A stretch of 43,674 nt of DNA from Acholeplasma sp. (GCA_036677365.1 JAVBWN010000035.1:1-43674), one strand, 5' to 3'; shown: positions 1-9,280, numbered from the stretch's first letter. Notes: a model not told the origin generated them from the sequence alone. Numbers and translations are program-made.

Positions 1-1
1 T

Positions 2-145
2 TTATATAAGAGTCAAAAAGGCACTTTAATCAATGCCGATCAAAATGCCTCACTAAATATGATTAGAAAAGGTAATCCCGATGCCTTATGGATAGGGAAT
101 AAAGGTGTGAACACGCCTAAGCGTACATATTTATTTGATATGTAG
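2..145 (+). CDS. tnpB: C-terminal fragment of IS200/IS605-family TnpB RNA-guided endonuclease (5' part outside window)
   Basis: Manual translation of frame 2: LYKSQKGTLINADQNASLNMIRKGNPDALWIGNKGVNTPKRTYLFDM*. This matches the TnpB C-terminal pattern GLY.S..G..INAD.N.A.NI.RK (RuvC-III NAD). Not in the ORF track. Confidence 0.8.
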   Translation, partial: LYKSQKGTLINADQNASLNMIRKGNPDALWIGNKGVNTPKRTYLFDM

Positions 146-186
146 TCGCTTTAAATAAGACGAGTTAAATCGTTAAGAGGAAATCA

Positions 187-215
187 AATCATTCTTTAAA
201 GGGTGATTCATTCAC
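187..215 (+). mobile_element. Putative IS200/IS605-type right end (subterminal hairpin + TTCAC), 3' end of omegaRNA scaffold
   Basis: Hairpin AATCATTCTTT/AAAGGGTGATT (187-208, two G-U pairs) followed by CATTCAC, about 40-70 nt downstream of the tnpB stop. Confidence 0.55.
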
Positions 216-256
216 CTCTTTGTTCTTTTTTCAAATGCCATTTAAGTGCGATATAA

Positions 257-285
257 TTGACAAAATAATGTTGACGTGATAACCT
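257..285 (+). promoter_or_regulatory. Putative sigma70 promoter of degV
   Basis: TTGACA (257-262), 17-nt spacer, TG-n-TAACCT (280-285). Confidence 0.45.
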
Positions 286-337
286 AGTTATGAATACTAG
301 ATAAAATATTATTGTTTATGACTATAGGGGGTAAACT

Positions 338-1183
338 ATGAAAATTGCAGTCATTACCGATTCAGGTTCGAACTTGAACCAAGCTTTTGTGGAAAAACAC
401 AATAACCTACAAGTAATTCCTTTGATGATCGTTAGAGATGGCGAACATTTCCGCGATCAACTGGACATCACTGCAGAACAAATCTACAAAGAAATCGATC
501 AAAGAAACTTCTCTACCTCGCTGCCACCGATGTCAGCACTTGAAGAAGCGATCGAAAAAGTAAAAAAAGATGGCTATACCGATGTATTGGTCATCAACAT
601 TTCCTCTGGGTTATCTGGTACGTATAACGCATTCAGATTGACCTTACACGATGTCAGTGGCGTGATTGTGCATCAATATGACACCAAGACATTGGGTGCA
701 GGTCAAGGCTATTTGGTGGAATTGGCATTAGACTTGATTAAAGCAGGTAAGCAACCACATCAAATTTTTGAAGCACTCGACAAATGCCGTTTTGAAGATT
801 CTCTAGCCATTTACACCATCAATACATTGAAGTACCTTAAAAAAGGTGGACGTATTGGTAAAGTTGAAGGTACCATTGGCGATATCTTACACATCAAACC
901 AGTCATCACCGTAAATAACGATGGCGTTTATGTTACTTTAAGCAAAGCCATTGGCATGCAACGATCATTATTAAACATGAAAGAATTGTTGGTCAAGAAG
1001 TTTGGTGACAGTCAAATCGACTTAACCGTTCATTATGGCGATGACTTAGAAAAAGCATCACAATTGGGTTCGATGTTATCCAAAACATTGAATGTGAGAA
1101 ACCTCAACATCTCCGCATTGACACCTGTCTTAGGGATTCATACCGGACCTCAAATGTTCGCTTACGTCGCAAGAAAAATTTAA
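338..1183 (+). CDS. DegV family fatty-acid-binding protein (FakB-like)
   Basis: KIAVITDS start, ISSGLSGTY, YLKKGGRIG, IKP and C-terminal HTGP motifs; 281 aa; GGGGG RBS. Confidence 0.93.
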   Translation: MKIAVITDSGSNLNQAFVEKHNNLQVIPLMIVRDGEHFRDQLDITAEQIYKEIDQRNFSTSLPPMSALEEAIEKVKKDGYTDVLVINISSGLSGTYNAFRLTLHDVSGVIVHQYDTKTLGAGQGYLVELALDLIKAGKQPHQIFEALDKCRFEDSLAIYTINTLKYLKKGGRIGKVEGTIGDILHIKPVITVNNDGVYVTLSKAIGMQRSLLNMKELLVKKFGDSQIDLTVHYGDDLEKASQLGSMLSKTLNVRNLNISALTPVLGIHTGPQMFAYVARKI

Positions 1184-1203
1184 CTCAAAAAAAGCCTCTA
1201 GAA

Positions 1204-1277
1204 TGATATGATCCCCTCTCTGTATACTTCTACAAAATTTAATTATTTGTAGTGTCTACTTTAAGGGGATCATATCA
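1204..1277. mobile_element. 74-bp MITE / internally deleted IS3-family element
   Basis: Perfect 14-bp terminal inverted repeats TGATATGATCCCCT / AGGGGATCATATCA (TG...CA ends), flanked by 3-bp direct repeat GAA (1201-1203, 1278-1280); interior also palindromic (CTACAAA/TTTGTAG). Confidence 0.75.
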
Positions 1278-1982
1278 GAATAAACTAGGGGCTTCATTTA
1301 TTTTTATCGGGGAAATGCATTCCATCGTGTTAAAACTTGGGCTACCAATGGCGTTTGTTACGGGATAAATATTTAAATCCAAGGATTCATTGGTGTTTAA
1401 GAGTTTCTTCAATTGTTTTAAATCCAATACTTCAGGGTTTAACCATATTTTCTCTGCCTTCTTATCCAAAATCACAGGCATCCGGTCGTGTAGTTTAGAC
1501 ATTTGCTGGTTCGCCGCGGTCGTTATGATGGTGCATGTATATAGTTTAGAGCCATCCGGCTTGGTCCAAGTGGTCCACAACCCAGCCATCGAAAATATCT
1601 TTTGATTTTTAACTGTGATGCGCATCGCTTGTTTGAGTCGTTCATTTTGTGCCCACTCAAAAAAACCATCGGCGATGATGACACAACGTTTGGTTTCAAA
1701 TGAAGGCTTAAAGGCCTTTTTTTCATCGAGGGTTTCTGCTTTCGCATTGATCATCATATAACCCACTTTTTCATCGGTTGAAAATGGGGGAACAAAGCCC
1801 CATTTAATCAAACCCACGCGATACTTAACCTTATCCGATAAGACAACGATGATGTCTTGTCCAGGGGCGACGTTGTATCTAGGCGAAGTAATCTGCTCTG
1901 AGATGTCTTCGATGTCATAGGTTTCATGGAGGTAATCTTTTAAATCATCTAAGGATACGGCTATGGTAAAACGACCACACAT
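1275..1982 (-). CDS. SOS response-associated peptidase (SRAP/YedK family)
   Basis: N-terminal MCGRF (catalytic Cys2), RYNVAP, WG, NA.AET, DGFFEW and HDRMPVIL motifs. Confidence 0.93.
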   Translation of the reverse strand: MCGRFTIAVSLDDLKDYLHETYDIEDISEQITSPRYNVAPGQDIIVVLSDKVKYRVGLIKWGFVPPFSTDEKVGYMMINAKAETLDEKKAFKPSFETKRCVIIADGFFEWAQNERLKQAMRITVKNQKIFSMAGLWTTWTKPDGSKLYTCTIITTAANQQMSKLHDRMPVILDKKAEKIWLNPEVLDLKQLKKLLNTNESLDLNIYPVTNAIGSPSFNTMECISPIKINEAPSLF

Positions 1983-2099
1983 GTTATCACTTCCTAGTCG
2001 TATTATAACATAACCAGCCCATTTGAAACGGTTTCGGATGTTTTATAGGTCTATCTTATAAGACACAAATCCGCTATAATAAATCTAAGGAGTGATACT

Positions 2100-3398
2100 A
2101 TGGCAAAAGATACAAAAGTGAATTTAAGAAGTTTAAACTTCTATCAAGTCTTTCTAAGACAACACACCCAAGAAGGCACATTTTTAAGTTTAATTAAAGA
2201 CCTCCCAAGAATCAAAACATTGGGCATGGACTTCATTTATTTACTACCGATTCATCCAATTGGTAAAGCCCACCGTAAAGGTTCTGTAGGGAGTCCTTAT
2301 TCCATTCAAGACTATTACGCTGTAAACCCAGAATTCGGTACGGAAGCCGATTTTAAAACATTGATTGACGCAGCCCACAAAGAAGGCTTAAAAGTGATGA
2401 TTGATGTGGTTTATAACCATACTTCCCATGACGCTGTTTTACTTGAACAACACCCTGAGTGGTATTACCGTAAAGATGGCAAACTTGCGGGTAAAGTCGG
2501 CGATTGGTGGGACATTACCGATTTGGATTTTTCTCACAAAGGGTTATGGGATTACCTCATCCATGCTTTGAAGAAATGGTCTAAACTGGGTGTGGATGGT
2601 TTTAGATGTGATGTTGCCCCAGTGGTACCACAAGCGTTTTGGTTAAAAGCAAGAAAAGAGATTGCTGAGATCAACCCTGAAACTGTTTGGCTCGCGGAAT
2701 CGATTCATGGTGAGTTCTGTAAATACATCCGTGACATGGGCTTTGAAAGCATGTCTGACTCAGAAACTTATGAAGCTTTTGACATTTGTTACGATTATGA
2801 CATCCACCACGATTTCTTAAGCTATGTTCAAGGTAAATCCCCACTCAACGATTGGCTCAAAGCGATGTTTAAACAAGAATACATTTTCCCAAAGAACTAC
2901 GTCAAATTGAGAAACTTAGAAAACCATGACCAAGAACGCATTGCCCATTGGATCAAAGACCCAGTCAGATTACTCAATATCACGGGTTTACTATTCTTCC
3001 TTAAAGGCGCTACCCTCATTTATGCTGGTCAAGAATATGGTGTAGACCATAGACCAGACTTATTTGAAGTCGATAAAGTCGATATGACGATCAAACATGT
3101 TGAAATTCGTAATTTGATTCATCGAATGTCTCATTTAAAGAAAGATGCCTTGTTCCAAATTGGCATATACCAAATCCATATGCAAGACAAAGAAGCCGCG
3201 GTCATCAGTTATGAAAATAAAAACTCTATGACGGTCGGTATCTTCAATGTGGGTCATGCCCAAGGGGAAGTCAAAGTATCGATTCCTGATGGGACATATC
3301 AAAACATCCTTTATCCAAATCAAGTCATCGTTAAAGATGGTAAATTGATGTTACAAGACAAACCGATTGTTTTATTCGCCATCAAACAAAATATTTAA
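2100..3398 (+). CDS. GH13 alpha-amylase family glycoside hydrolase (no signal peptide)
   Basis: GH13 regions DVVYNH, GFRCDVAP, WLAES, LENHD; GSPYSIQDY; AAGGAG RBS and TATAAT upstream. Confidence 0.9.
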   Translation: MAKDTKVNLRSLNFYQVFLRQHTQEGTFLSLIKDLPRIKTLGMDFIYLLPIHPIGKAHRKGSVGSPYSIQDYYAVNPEFGTEADFKTLIDAAHKEGLKVMIDVVYNHTSHDAVLLEQHPEWYYRKDGKLAGKVGDWWDITDLDFSHKGLWDYLIHALKKWSKLGVDGFRCDVAPVVPQAFWLKARKEIAEINPETVWLAESIHGEFCKYIRDMGFESMSDSETYEAFDICYDYDIHHDFLSYVQGKSPLNDWLKAMFKQEYIFPKNYVKLRNLENHDQERIAHWIKDPVRLLNITGLLFFLKGATLIYAGQEYGVDHRPDLFEVDKVDMTIKHVEIRNLIHRMSHLKKDALFQIGIYQIHMQDKEAAVISYENKNSMTVGIFNVGHAQGEVKVSIPDGTYQNILYPNQVIVKDGKLMLQDKPIVLFAIKQNI

Positions 3399-3423
3399 AG
3401 ACAGCCCTCGCTGTCTTTTTTTT
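3397..3423 (+). terminator. Intrinsic terminator after GH13 gene
   Basis: AAAGACAGC-cctc-GCTGTCTTT followed by T run. Confidence 0.8.
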
Positions 3424-3424
3424 G

Positions 3425-3450
3425 AAAAAAACAACTCGTTGAGAGTTGTT
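3425..3450 (-). terminator. Intrinsic terminator for the minus-strand membrane protein gene
   Basis: AACAACTC-gttga-GAGTTGTT preceded by an A run (U tract on minus strand). Confidence 0.65.
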
Positions 3451-3814
3451 ATTGTCTAGGCATACCGCAATGGATACAAACCTTATAAGTACCTTTATTT
3501 TCTTTACCACACTTACAAGTCCAAGGCTCATTTGAAAAGAATTTAGCTGATTTTTTATAGGATAGATTACTGGTTTCATAGGCTTCAGCTGCTTCATCTT
3601 CCTCATGTTTTTCCAATAAATGACCTACCGCAACTAAACCAATACCAATCGCAGGTCCAAAGAGAACATAGAAGAAAAACTGAAAGAATCGTATGGCTGT
3701 CGACGTATCCTCAGTGCTCTTAAAGAATTCAGAGAATAAAAGGAATACACCAATCACATAAGCAAAAAGGGATAACACACCTACTAATTTTAGATACTTA
3801 GAAGCAAACGTCAT
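3449..3814 (-). CDS. Small membrane protein with C-terminal zinc ribbon
   Basis: Two hydrophobic helices then WTCKCG...CIHCG. Start moved to ATG 3814, which has a GAGGTG RBS at 3821-3826. Confidence 0.7.
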   Translation of the reverse strand: MTFASKYLKLVGVLSLFAYVIGVFLLFSEFFKSTEDTSTAIRFFQFFFYVLFGPAIGIGLVAVGHLLEKHEEDEAAEAYETSNLSYKKSAKFFSNEPWTCKCGKENKGTYKVCIHCGMPRQ

Positions 3815-3922
3815 ATAAATCACCTCAACTTATTATAACAAATAAATAGTATAACGTGTATAGTAAATATTATTATTTTTCGTATTTTTTGGCAGGTTTA
3901 TAAGATAGCCCACATGAATGAT

Positions 3923-3957
3923 AAAAAAAAACAACTTTTGAGGAAAAGTTGGTTTTT
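3923..3957 (-). terminator. Terminator of the tRNA-His/tRNA-Gln transcript
   Basis: CAACTTTT-gagg-AAAAGTTG flanked by A9 and a T run. Confidence 0.65.
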
Positions 3958-3964
3958 ATTTAGA

Positions 3965-4038
3965 TGGCAGGGCTAGCTGGATTTGAACCAACGATGACGG
4001 AGTCAAAGTCCGTTGCCTTACCGCTTGGCGATAGCCCT
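3965..4038 (-). tRNA. tRNA-Gln (TTG)
   Basis: Reverse complement AGGGCTA...ACGGA-CTTTGAC-TCCGT...GTTCAAATC...TAGCCCT-G-CCA; full cloverleaf with encoded CCA. Confidence 0.96.
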
Positions 4039-4066
4039 ATCTATTGAATTTCACATAAAACATGCA

Positions 4067-4143
4067 TGGGGCGGCTGAAGGGAGTTGAACCCTCCAATGC
4101 CGGAGCCACAATCCGGTGCGTTAACCGCTTCGCCACAACCGCC
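4067..4143 (-). tRNA. tRNA-His (GTG)
   Basis: Reverse complement G-GCGGTTG...CCGGA-TTGTGGC-TCCGG...CAGCCGC-C-CCA, with G-1 and C73 identity elements. Confidence 0.96.
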
Positions 4144-4280
4144 ATCTATGCGCAAATATTATTATACATGAAAATTTTTTCTTGTAAAGAGAAAAATATA
4201 GAAAAATTAACATAGCACGAAAAAGGTTGGTTAATCTAAAGATTATTTGATATGATGGAAAGTGCATAAGAGGTGGAAAA

Positions 4281-5132
4281 ATGAAATTTTTAGGACGATT
4301 TATATTTGGCTTGCTCGTTATGGTTGCTGGACTCAATGTATTTTTGTTTTCATACGTAGATATGACAGCAAGCTATTTATTGAAATATGGTAACCAAGCG
4401 ATTGAACAAGAGTCGGATACTTTCTTTAGAAGTATCTATGGATATTACACACAAGATTACTTAATCGATGAAGAAATCGATGCGGAATATGATTTTAGAT
4501 TGTGGGCATTTGTTGGCTCAAATACAACAGAAAATCACATCCGAATTCAAATTCAAAATAAAGCAGGATTAACATTACCAGAAAACTATTTTATTCGATT
4601 ATTCTTTGAAAATGACGTTAAAGTAGATGTCTATTTTCAAGATACACAATCCAAATATTGGCACGCTTCCTCACTCAATTTAAAAGCGTTATTGGCAGAC
4701 CAAGAAAACTATGTGGATATCTTAGACTTACAATTGATTGAATCTGAATTGGTCACAGTTGGTAACGAAACAGAAACGGTTGAAACCATTTTATATGATT
4801 TTGATGGCACAGTGTTGTTATCTAAAGATGACATGGATGTGCTTGCTCTAGCGGAAGAACATACCGAAGCTCAAATGTTGGCATTAGGTTATGTTAAAGG
4901 AACCGTGCACGATTTCTTTAAAGAATACCAATACATCCTTTGGAGAAATGTAGCGATTTTCGTTGTCATTGTTGGATTACTCACGTACTTATTATTCTTT
5001 AGAAAGAAAAGATACACAACACACAGCGTGATCAATTCTAAAGAACCTGTTATTCGTGAAAACCTCAATATCAAGGCGATTGAAGAAATCAAAGCCGTCG
5101 ATGAAGTAGAAAATAAAGACACTGAAAAATAA
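4281..5132 (+). CDS. Hypothetical membrane protein (N- and C-terminal TM helices, acidic central domain)
   Basis: 283-aa ORF, GAGGTGG RBS, two hydrophobic segments; no family recognised. Confidence 0.75.
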   Translation: MKFLGRFIFGLLVMVAGLNVFLFSYVDMTASYLLKYGNQAIEQESDTFFRSIYGYYTQDYLIDEEIDAEYDFRLWAFVGSNTTENHIRIQIQNKAGLTLPENYFIRLFFENDVKVDVYFQDTQSKYWHASSLNLKALLADQENYVDILDLQLIESELVTVGNETETVETILYDFDGTVLLSKDDMDVLALAEEHTEAQMLALGYVKGTVHDFFKEYQYILWRNVAIFVVIVGLLTYLLFFRKKRYTTHSVINSKEPVIRENLNIKAIEEIKAVDEVENKDTEK

Positions 5133-5186
5133 TAGTTGAAGTATGATTGAACGTATGTTATATTAGTAATGCACGTTCAACTCAAT

Positions 5187-5261
5187 AGGGACATGGTGTC
5201 AACGGTAGCACAGCGGTCTCCAAAACCGTTAGTACGGGTTCGAATCCTGTTGTCCCTGCCA
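5187..5261 (+). tRNA. tRNA-Trp (CCA)
   Basis: AGGGACA...GCGGT-CTCCAAA-ACCGT...GTTCGAATC...TGTCCCT-G-CCA; promoter-like TTGAAG-17-TATATT at 5136-5164. Confidence 0.96.
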
Positions 5262-5273
5262 CTGAAACAGCAC

Positions 5274-5302
5274 AGATACGCAATTTTGCGTATCTTTTTT
5301 TT
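5274..5302 (+). terminator. Terminator after tRNA-Trp
   Basis: AGATACGCAA-tt-TTGCGTATCT plus T run. Confidence 0.85.
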
Positions 5303-5345
5303 CTAACTTGCGTTATAATTTGATATAAATATGAGGTATAAAGCC

Positions 5346-5867
5346 ATGAAATTAATTCAACCAACCATCGAACATGAAACCATATTAAAATCGTATGTCG
5401 ATGAGATGTTAAAAAACAACGATTCCTGCCACGGATGTGGGTCTATTGAGAAGTATGAACGCTATGAAGATTGGCTCAAACACATCGAATCATATGCGGT
5501 TAAAGCTTTGATTCCTAAGGATTCAAAATACGTTGAAGGGTCACAATACTTCTTGTATGATGAAACCAATCAAAACGTGGTTGGGATGGTCAATATCCGA
5601 CATGAACTCAATGCGTATTTGATGAAATTTGGTGGACATATTGGGTATTCCATTCGTCCGAGTTACCGTCAAAAAGGCTACGCAAAACTTCAATTGAATT
5701 TAGCTTTAGATATCCTAAGAAAAAAAGGTGTCGGCAAAGCCTTGATCACGTGTAATAGTGACAACATCGCCTCCATGAAAACCATTTTGGCGTGTGGTGG
5801 GGTAGAAGATACGCCATCGATTGAAGATGATGGTACAATCATCAAACGCTTTTGGATCCCCCTATAG
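5346..5867 (+). CDS. GNAT family N-acetyltransferase
   Basis: VGMVNIRH, GGHIGYSIRPSYRQKGYA (acetyl-CoA loop), N.AS.K.I..CGG. Start moved to ATG 5346 after GAGGT. Confidence 0.88.
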   Translation: MKLIQPTIEHETILKSYVDEMLKNNDSCHGCGSIEKYERYEDWLKHIESYAVKALIPKDSKYVEGSQYFLYDETNQNVVGMVNIRHELNAYLMKFGGHIGYSIRPSYRQKGYAKLQLNLALDILRKKGVGKALITCNSDNIASMKTILACGGVEDTPSIEDDGTIIKRFWIPL

Positions 5868-5868
5868 T

Positions 5869-5896
5869 AAAAAAAAGATGCGGTTTTCGCATCTTT
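5869..5896. terminator. Terminator between convergent GNAT and nagB
   Basis: AAAGATGCG-gtttt-CGCATCTTT with upstream A run. Confidence 0.7.
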
Positions 5897-5900
5897 ATCT

Positions 5901-6626
5901 TTATATAATGAGTTTCGCAGCTTCTTTATCGATAAATACTTCGACATCCGGGTGATTTTGTAAAATCGAAGCAGGCAATTGTTCCGTGATGGGACCAGAA
6001 AGCATTTGCTTGATGGCTTCGGCTTTGTTTGCACCACTGGCCATCAAAATGATTTTTTTCGCGTCCATGATGTTTTTGATGCCCATGGTAATCGCTTCTT
6101 TAGGTACTTCATCTAAAGCGTTAAAGAATCTTGCATTATCCTTGCGTGTTTTTTCAGCCAAAGTCACAATGTGTGTTTTCACATCAAATGGTGTCCCTGG
6201 TTCGTTGAAACCAATATGACCGTTACTGCCAATCCCTAAAATTTGTATGTCTGGGATGTGTAGACTTAAGACGTCGTTATAAGCTTCACATGCGATATTC
6301 AAATCGTCTGATTCACCATCGGGTAAGTGTACTTGATTGAAATCGATGTTGATGTGGTCAAACAAGTTTTTCTTCATGAACGAGAAATACGATTCAGGGT
6401 GTGTTTTACCAATCTTAACATATTCATCGAGATTGACTGAAGTGACCTTACTATAATCGGTGTGGTTGGTTTGATGGTCTTTAATGAGCAGTTCATACAC
6501 ACCAACGGGTGTGGACCCTGTGGCTAAACCTAAGGTGATGGTAGGGTTATCTTTGATGGCTTCAATCAATATGTCGGAAACAGCCTTGTCTAGTTCTTTT
6601 TTGTTTCTGTAAATATGAATATTCAT
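5901..6626 (-). CDS. nagB: Glucosamine-6-phosphate deaminase
   Basis: LGLATGSTP, NLDEY, LGIGSNGHIGFNEPG, AITMG and PASILQ.H motifs. Start at ATG 6626 with GGAGG RBS. Confidence 0.96.
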   Translation of the reverse strand: MNIHIYRNKKELDKAVSDILIEAIKDNPTITLGLATGSTPVGVYELLIKDHQTNHTDYSKVTSVNLDEYVKIGKTHPESYFSFMKKNLFDHINIDFNQVHLPDGESDDLNIACEAYNDVLSLHIPDIQILGIGSNGHIGFNEPGTPFDVKTHIVTLAEKTRKDNARFFNALDEVPKEAITMGIKNIMDAKKIILMASGANKAEAIKQMLSGPITEQLPASILQNHPDVEVFIDKEAAKLII

Positions 6627-6627
6627 G

Positions 6628-7755
6628 TTATCCTCCGAAAACAACCTGGCCTTTAACCAAGGTTGTTTCAATGTTGTAGTTGTCATCTAATATGACTAGG
6701 TTTGCGAGTTTTCCTACTTCAATTGAACCCATCACGTGATCGAGTTTTAACTGAATGGCGGCTTTGGTAGAAGACATATAAGCGGCTTCATATAAAGAAA
6801 GACCTAAATCATTGAGGGCATATTTAAAACCATCCATGAATCTCAAGATTGAACCAGCCAATGTGCCATCGTTCAAACGGGCTTCACCCTGTGCGATGTG
6901 TACAGTTTGACCACCCAATTCGGATATACCATCGGGCATGTTTTTAGCACGCATCGAGTCTGTGATCAGTGTGATGTTTTGGTAACCCTTATTCTTTAAG
7001 AGCAATTTCGCAGCCGGTATAGACACATGGACTTTATCCAAAATCAATTCCGCTGTCAATTCATCGTGTAATAAAGCCGCACCCACGACCCCAATATCTC
7101 GGTGGTGTAGGGGTGTCATGGCATTGTACGTATGGGTGGTTGAGGTTGCTCCAAGTTTAATGGCTTCTAAAATGGTGCCATAATTCGCTTTGGTATGGGC
7201 GATGGAGGCCACAATGCCTTTGGTTCTTAAATGCGAAATCAACGCCATTGAACCAGGTATTTCAGGGGCTAAAGATACTTTTTTAATGATTTCCCCACTG
7301 GCTTTATTGAAACCATCAAATAGCGTAATATCCGAAGGGATGATACATGATTTTGGTTGTGCCCCTGCGGCGCCTTCATTGATGAAAGGACCTTCTAAAT
7401 GGACACCTAAAAGCATCGCGCCATTGGGGTTTTGATTTTGATAATAATGACCAATCGAAGTCAAAGCATTTTCGATATTGAGTTGTGTCTGTGTCATGGT
7501 GGTTGCTAAAAAAGCGGTGGTGCCCTCTTTGACTAAAGCCAGCGCGAGTTGTTCAATGGCATAAGTGCTCGCATCCATCGCGTCGACATTGCTTGCACCA
7601 TGAATATGTAAATCAATAAAACCAGGGATAACATAACGTTTTGTAATGTTGTTTGGTTCTGGCTTGATGTTTATTTTTGAAATTTTACCGTCTTCGATGA
7701 TCAAATCACCATAAACCACACGGTCTTTTAATACGATGTGTACATTGTTAAGCAT
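6628..7755 (-). CDS. nagA: N-acetylglucosamine-6-phosphate deacetylase
   Basis: PGFIDLHIHG, GTTAFLAT, HLEGPFI, LAPE, THTYNAM, LITDSM, LAGS motifs. Start at ATG 7755 with GGAGG RBS. Confidence 0.96.
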   Translation of the reverse strand: MLNNVHIVLKDRVVYGDLIIEDGKISKINIKPEPNNITKRYVIPGFIDLHIHGASNVDAMDASTYAIEQLALALVKEGTTAFLATTMTQTQLNIENALTSIGHYYQNQNPNGAMLLGVHLEGPFINEGAAGAQPKSCIIPSDITLFDGFNKASGEIIKKVSLAPEIPGSMALISHLRTKGIVASIAHTKANYGTILEAIKLGATSTTHTYNAMTPLHHRDIGVVGAALLHDELTAELILDKVHVSIPAAKLLLKNKGYQNITLITDSMRAKNMPDGISELGGQTVHIAQGEARLNDGTLAGSILRFMDGFKYALNDLGLSLYEAAYMSSTKAAIQLKLDHVMGSIEVGKLANLVILDDNYNIETTLVKGQVVFGG

Positions 7756-7957
7756 AGCAATCCTCCACAACATTTGATGTGATACAAGTCCATGATATCA
7801 TGGAAAGAATGAAAAAAAACAAAGTCGGTCGATTTTGAAAAAAAGGACATTGAAAAACACGGCTATTTTACTTTTTTGGATAAATTTTTCGAGGTGATGA
7901 CTTTATGATGACTTATATACCCCAACTTGTTACAATAAGTGTATCGGTGGTGATTCC

Positions 7958-9280
7958 ATGGACTTTCAAACATTCATAACCTTATTAGACATGCCTGACC
8001 CTGTAGTCAGTACAATCCAATCGTTACATCAACAACACCAAAATGCTTATCAGGATGACGTTTTAGGTTTACAATCCATGCGTACTGCAGAAGCCACGCA
8101 GAAGCGTTTACGTGAAACATTCAAATCCAGCGATGGCATGATGATTCTCTATTTGTTTTTAAGGGCGGCTTTGGATAATTATCCCCAATATCAATCCATG
8201 AAAATATCGGATGATGTGTTCATTGAAACTTATAAAGCATTACCAAGATTCATTAAGGAATTTCATAAGCAATCGGGTCAGTATGCTTTTGAGCGAGATT
8301 GGTGGGCGTATCGTCAAACGGCGATGAATATCTTTAGAATTGGTGAGCTCGAATATGAGATGACCATTCAAGAAAATACGAAAGTTTTATCGATTCATAT
8401 CCCTTCAGACGCCAACCTCACACATACCCATCTAGAAACCTCATTTAGACTGGCGAGATTGTTTTTTAATCGACGTTATCAGGCTTATGAAAATGCCCGA
8501 TTCTATTGTCATACATGGTTATTAAGCCCGGCTTTAAAAGGCTTATTGGAGCCATCTTCCAAGATACTTGCATTCCAAAGTTATTTTGATATTACCGCGA
8601 CTTTTTTAGAAAATAACTCCTATCTATATTGGGTATTTCAAACCAGAGATACGGATGTATCCAAGCTTGAAACCAAGACCTCACTACAAAAACGAATCAA
8701 ATCATTCGTTGAAGCTGGAGGGAAGATTGGCACAGCCTCCGGGTATGTCAATTTTGATCATTTCCAATACCGTTTTGAATCTCCCAATTTATCACATGAA
8801 GCTTTGGTTATGGACTATAAACGAGAGATGTTAGAAAACCAAGACCCATTAAATGGTACAGGTGGATTGGGTAGATATGATGCCTATGAAGACTGGCTAA
8901 AACACCTCGACGACAAAAAACATTTACGTATGGAAGGCGACACCATTCCAACCTCAGAGTATTTATTACTGGATCAACAAAACACGTTGTATGCCATGGT
9001 CAATGTCCGTCATTTTTTGGATGATGAACTCAGACAAACCTATGGTCATGCGGGGGCATCGGTTCGACCGAAATACCGTAAACAAGGCTATGCTAAATTG
9101 GCTTTATCTATGGCTCTAGAGGTCATCCAATCTTTAGGCGAGGAAGCTGCCATGATTTCATGTAGCGTATTCAATTTGGGTTCAAGAAAAACCATTGAAG
9201 CTTGTGGTGGTATCTTCGAACACATCGTGATGGACCACGAAGACAACGTAGAAATGCGTATTTATTGGATTTATATATAA
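7958..9280 (+). CDS. Two-domain acyltransferase: N-terminal acyltransferase-like domain (DUF5596/GNAT_C type) fused to a C-terminal GNAT
   Basis: N-part FRIGELEYE, LSIHIPS, CHTWLLSP.L..LL...S.I..FQ, TSLQ; C-part GHAGASVRPKYRKQGYA, similar to the 5346-5867 protein. Confidence 0.7.
   Translation: MDFQTFITLLDMPDPVVSTIQSLHQQHQNAYQDDVLGLQSMRTAEATQKRLRETFKSSDGMMILYLFLRAALDNYPQYQSMKISDDVFIETYKALPRFIKEFHKQSGQYAFERDWWAYRQTAMNIFRIGELEYEMTIQENTKVLSIHIPSDANLTHTHLETSFRLARLFFNRRYQAYENARFYCHTWLLSPALKGLLEPSSKILAFQSYFDITATFLENNSYLYWVFQTRDTDVSKLETKTSLQKRIKSFVEAGGKIGTASGYVNFDHFQYRFESPNLSHEALVMDYKREMLENQDPLNGTGGLGRYDAYEDWLKHLDDKKHLRMEGDTIPTSEYLLLDQQNTLYAMVNVRHFLDDELRQTYGHAGASVRPKYRKQGYAKLALSMALEVIQSLGEEAAMISCSVFNLGSRKTIEACGGIFEHIVMDHEDNVEMRIYWIYI

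Noticed and set aside
2022..2036. TTGAAACGGTTTC as a member of the cre-like set upstream of the amylase
   Set aside because: The left half-site is one base short of the other sites. It may be a separate LacI operator, but one instance is insufficient.
5147..5180. LexA-box-like GAACGTATGTTA and inverted repeat TTGAACGT/ACGTTCAA before tRNA-Trp
   Set aside because: Mismatch at a conserved position and an unlikely target; better explained as promoter sequence or a hairpin after the upstream gene.
3965..5261. tRNA-anchored genomic island
   Set aside because: No integrase and no duplicated tRNA 3' end noticed in the window.
4121..5364. ORFs 4121-4336 and 5182-5364
   Set aside because: They overlap tRNA-His and tRNA-Trp and their promoter or terminator sequences; spurious.
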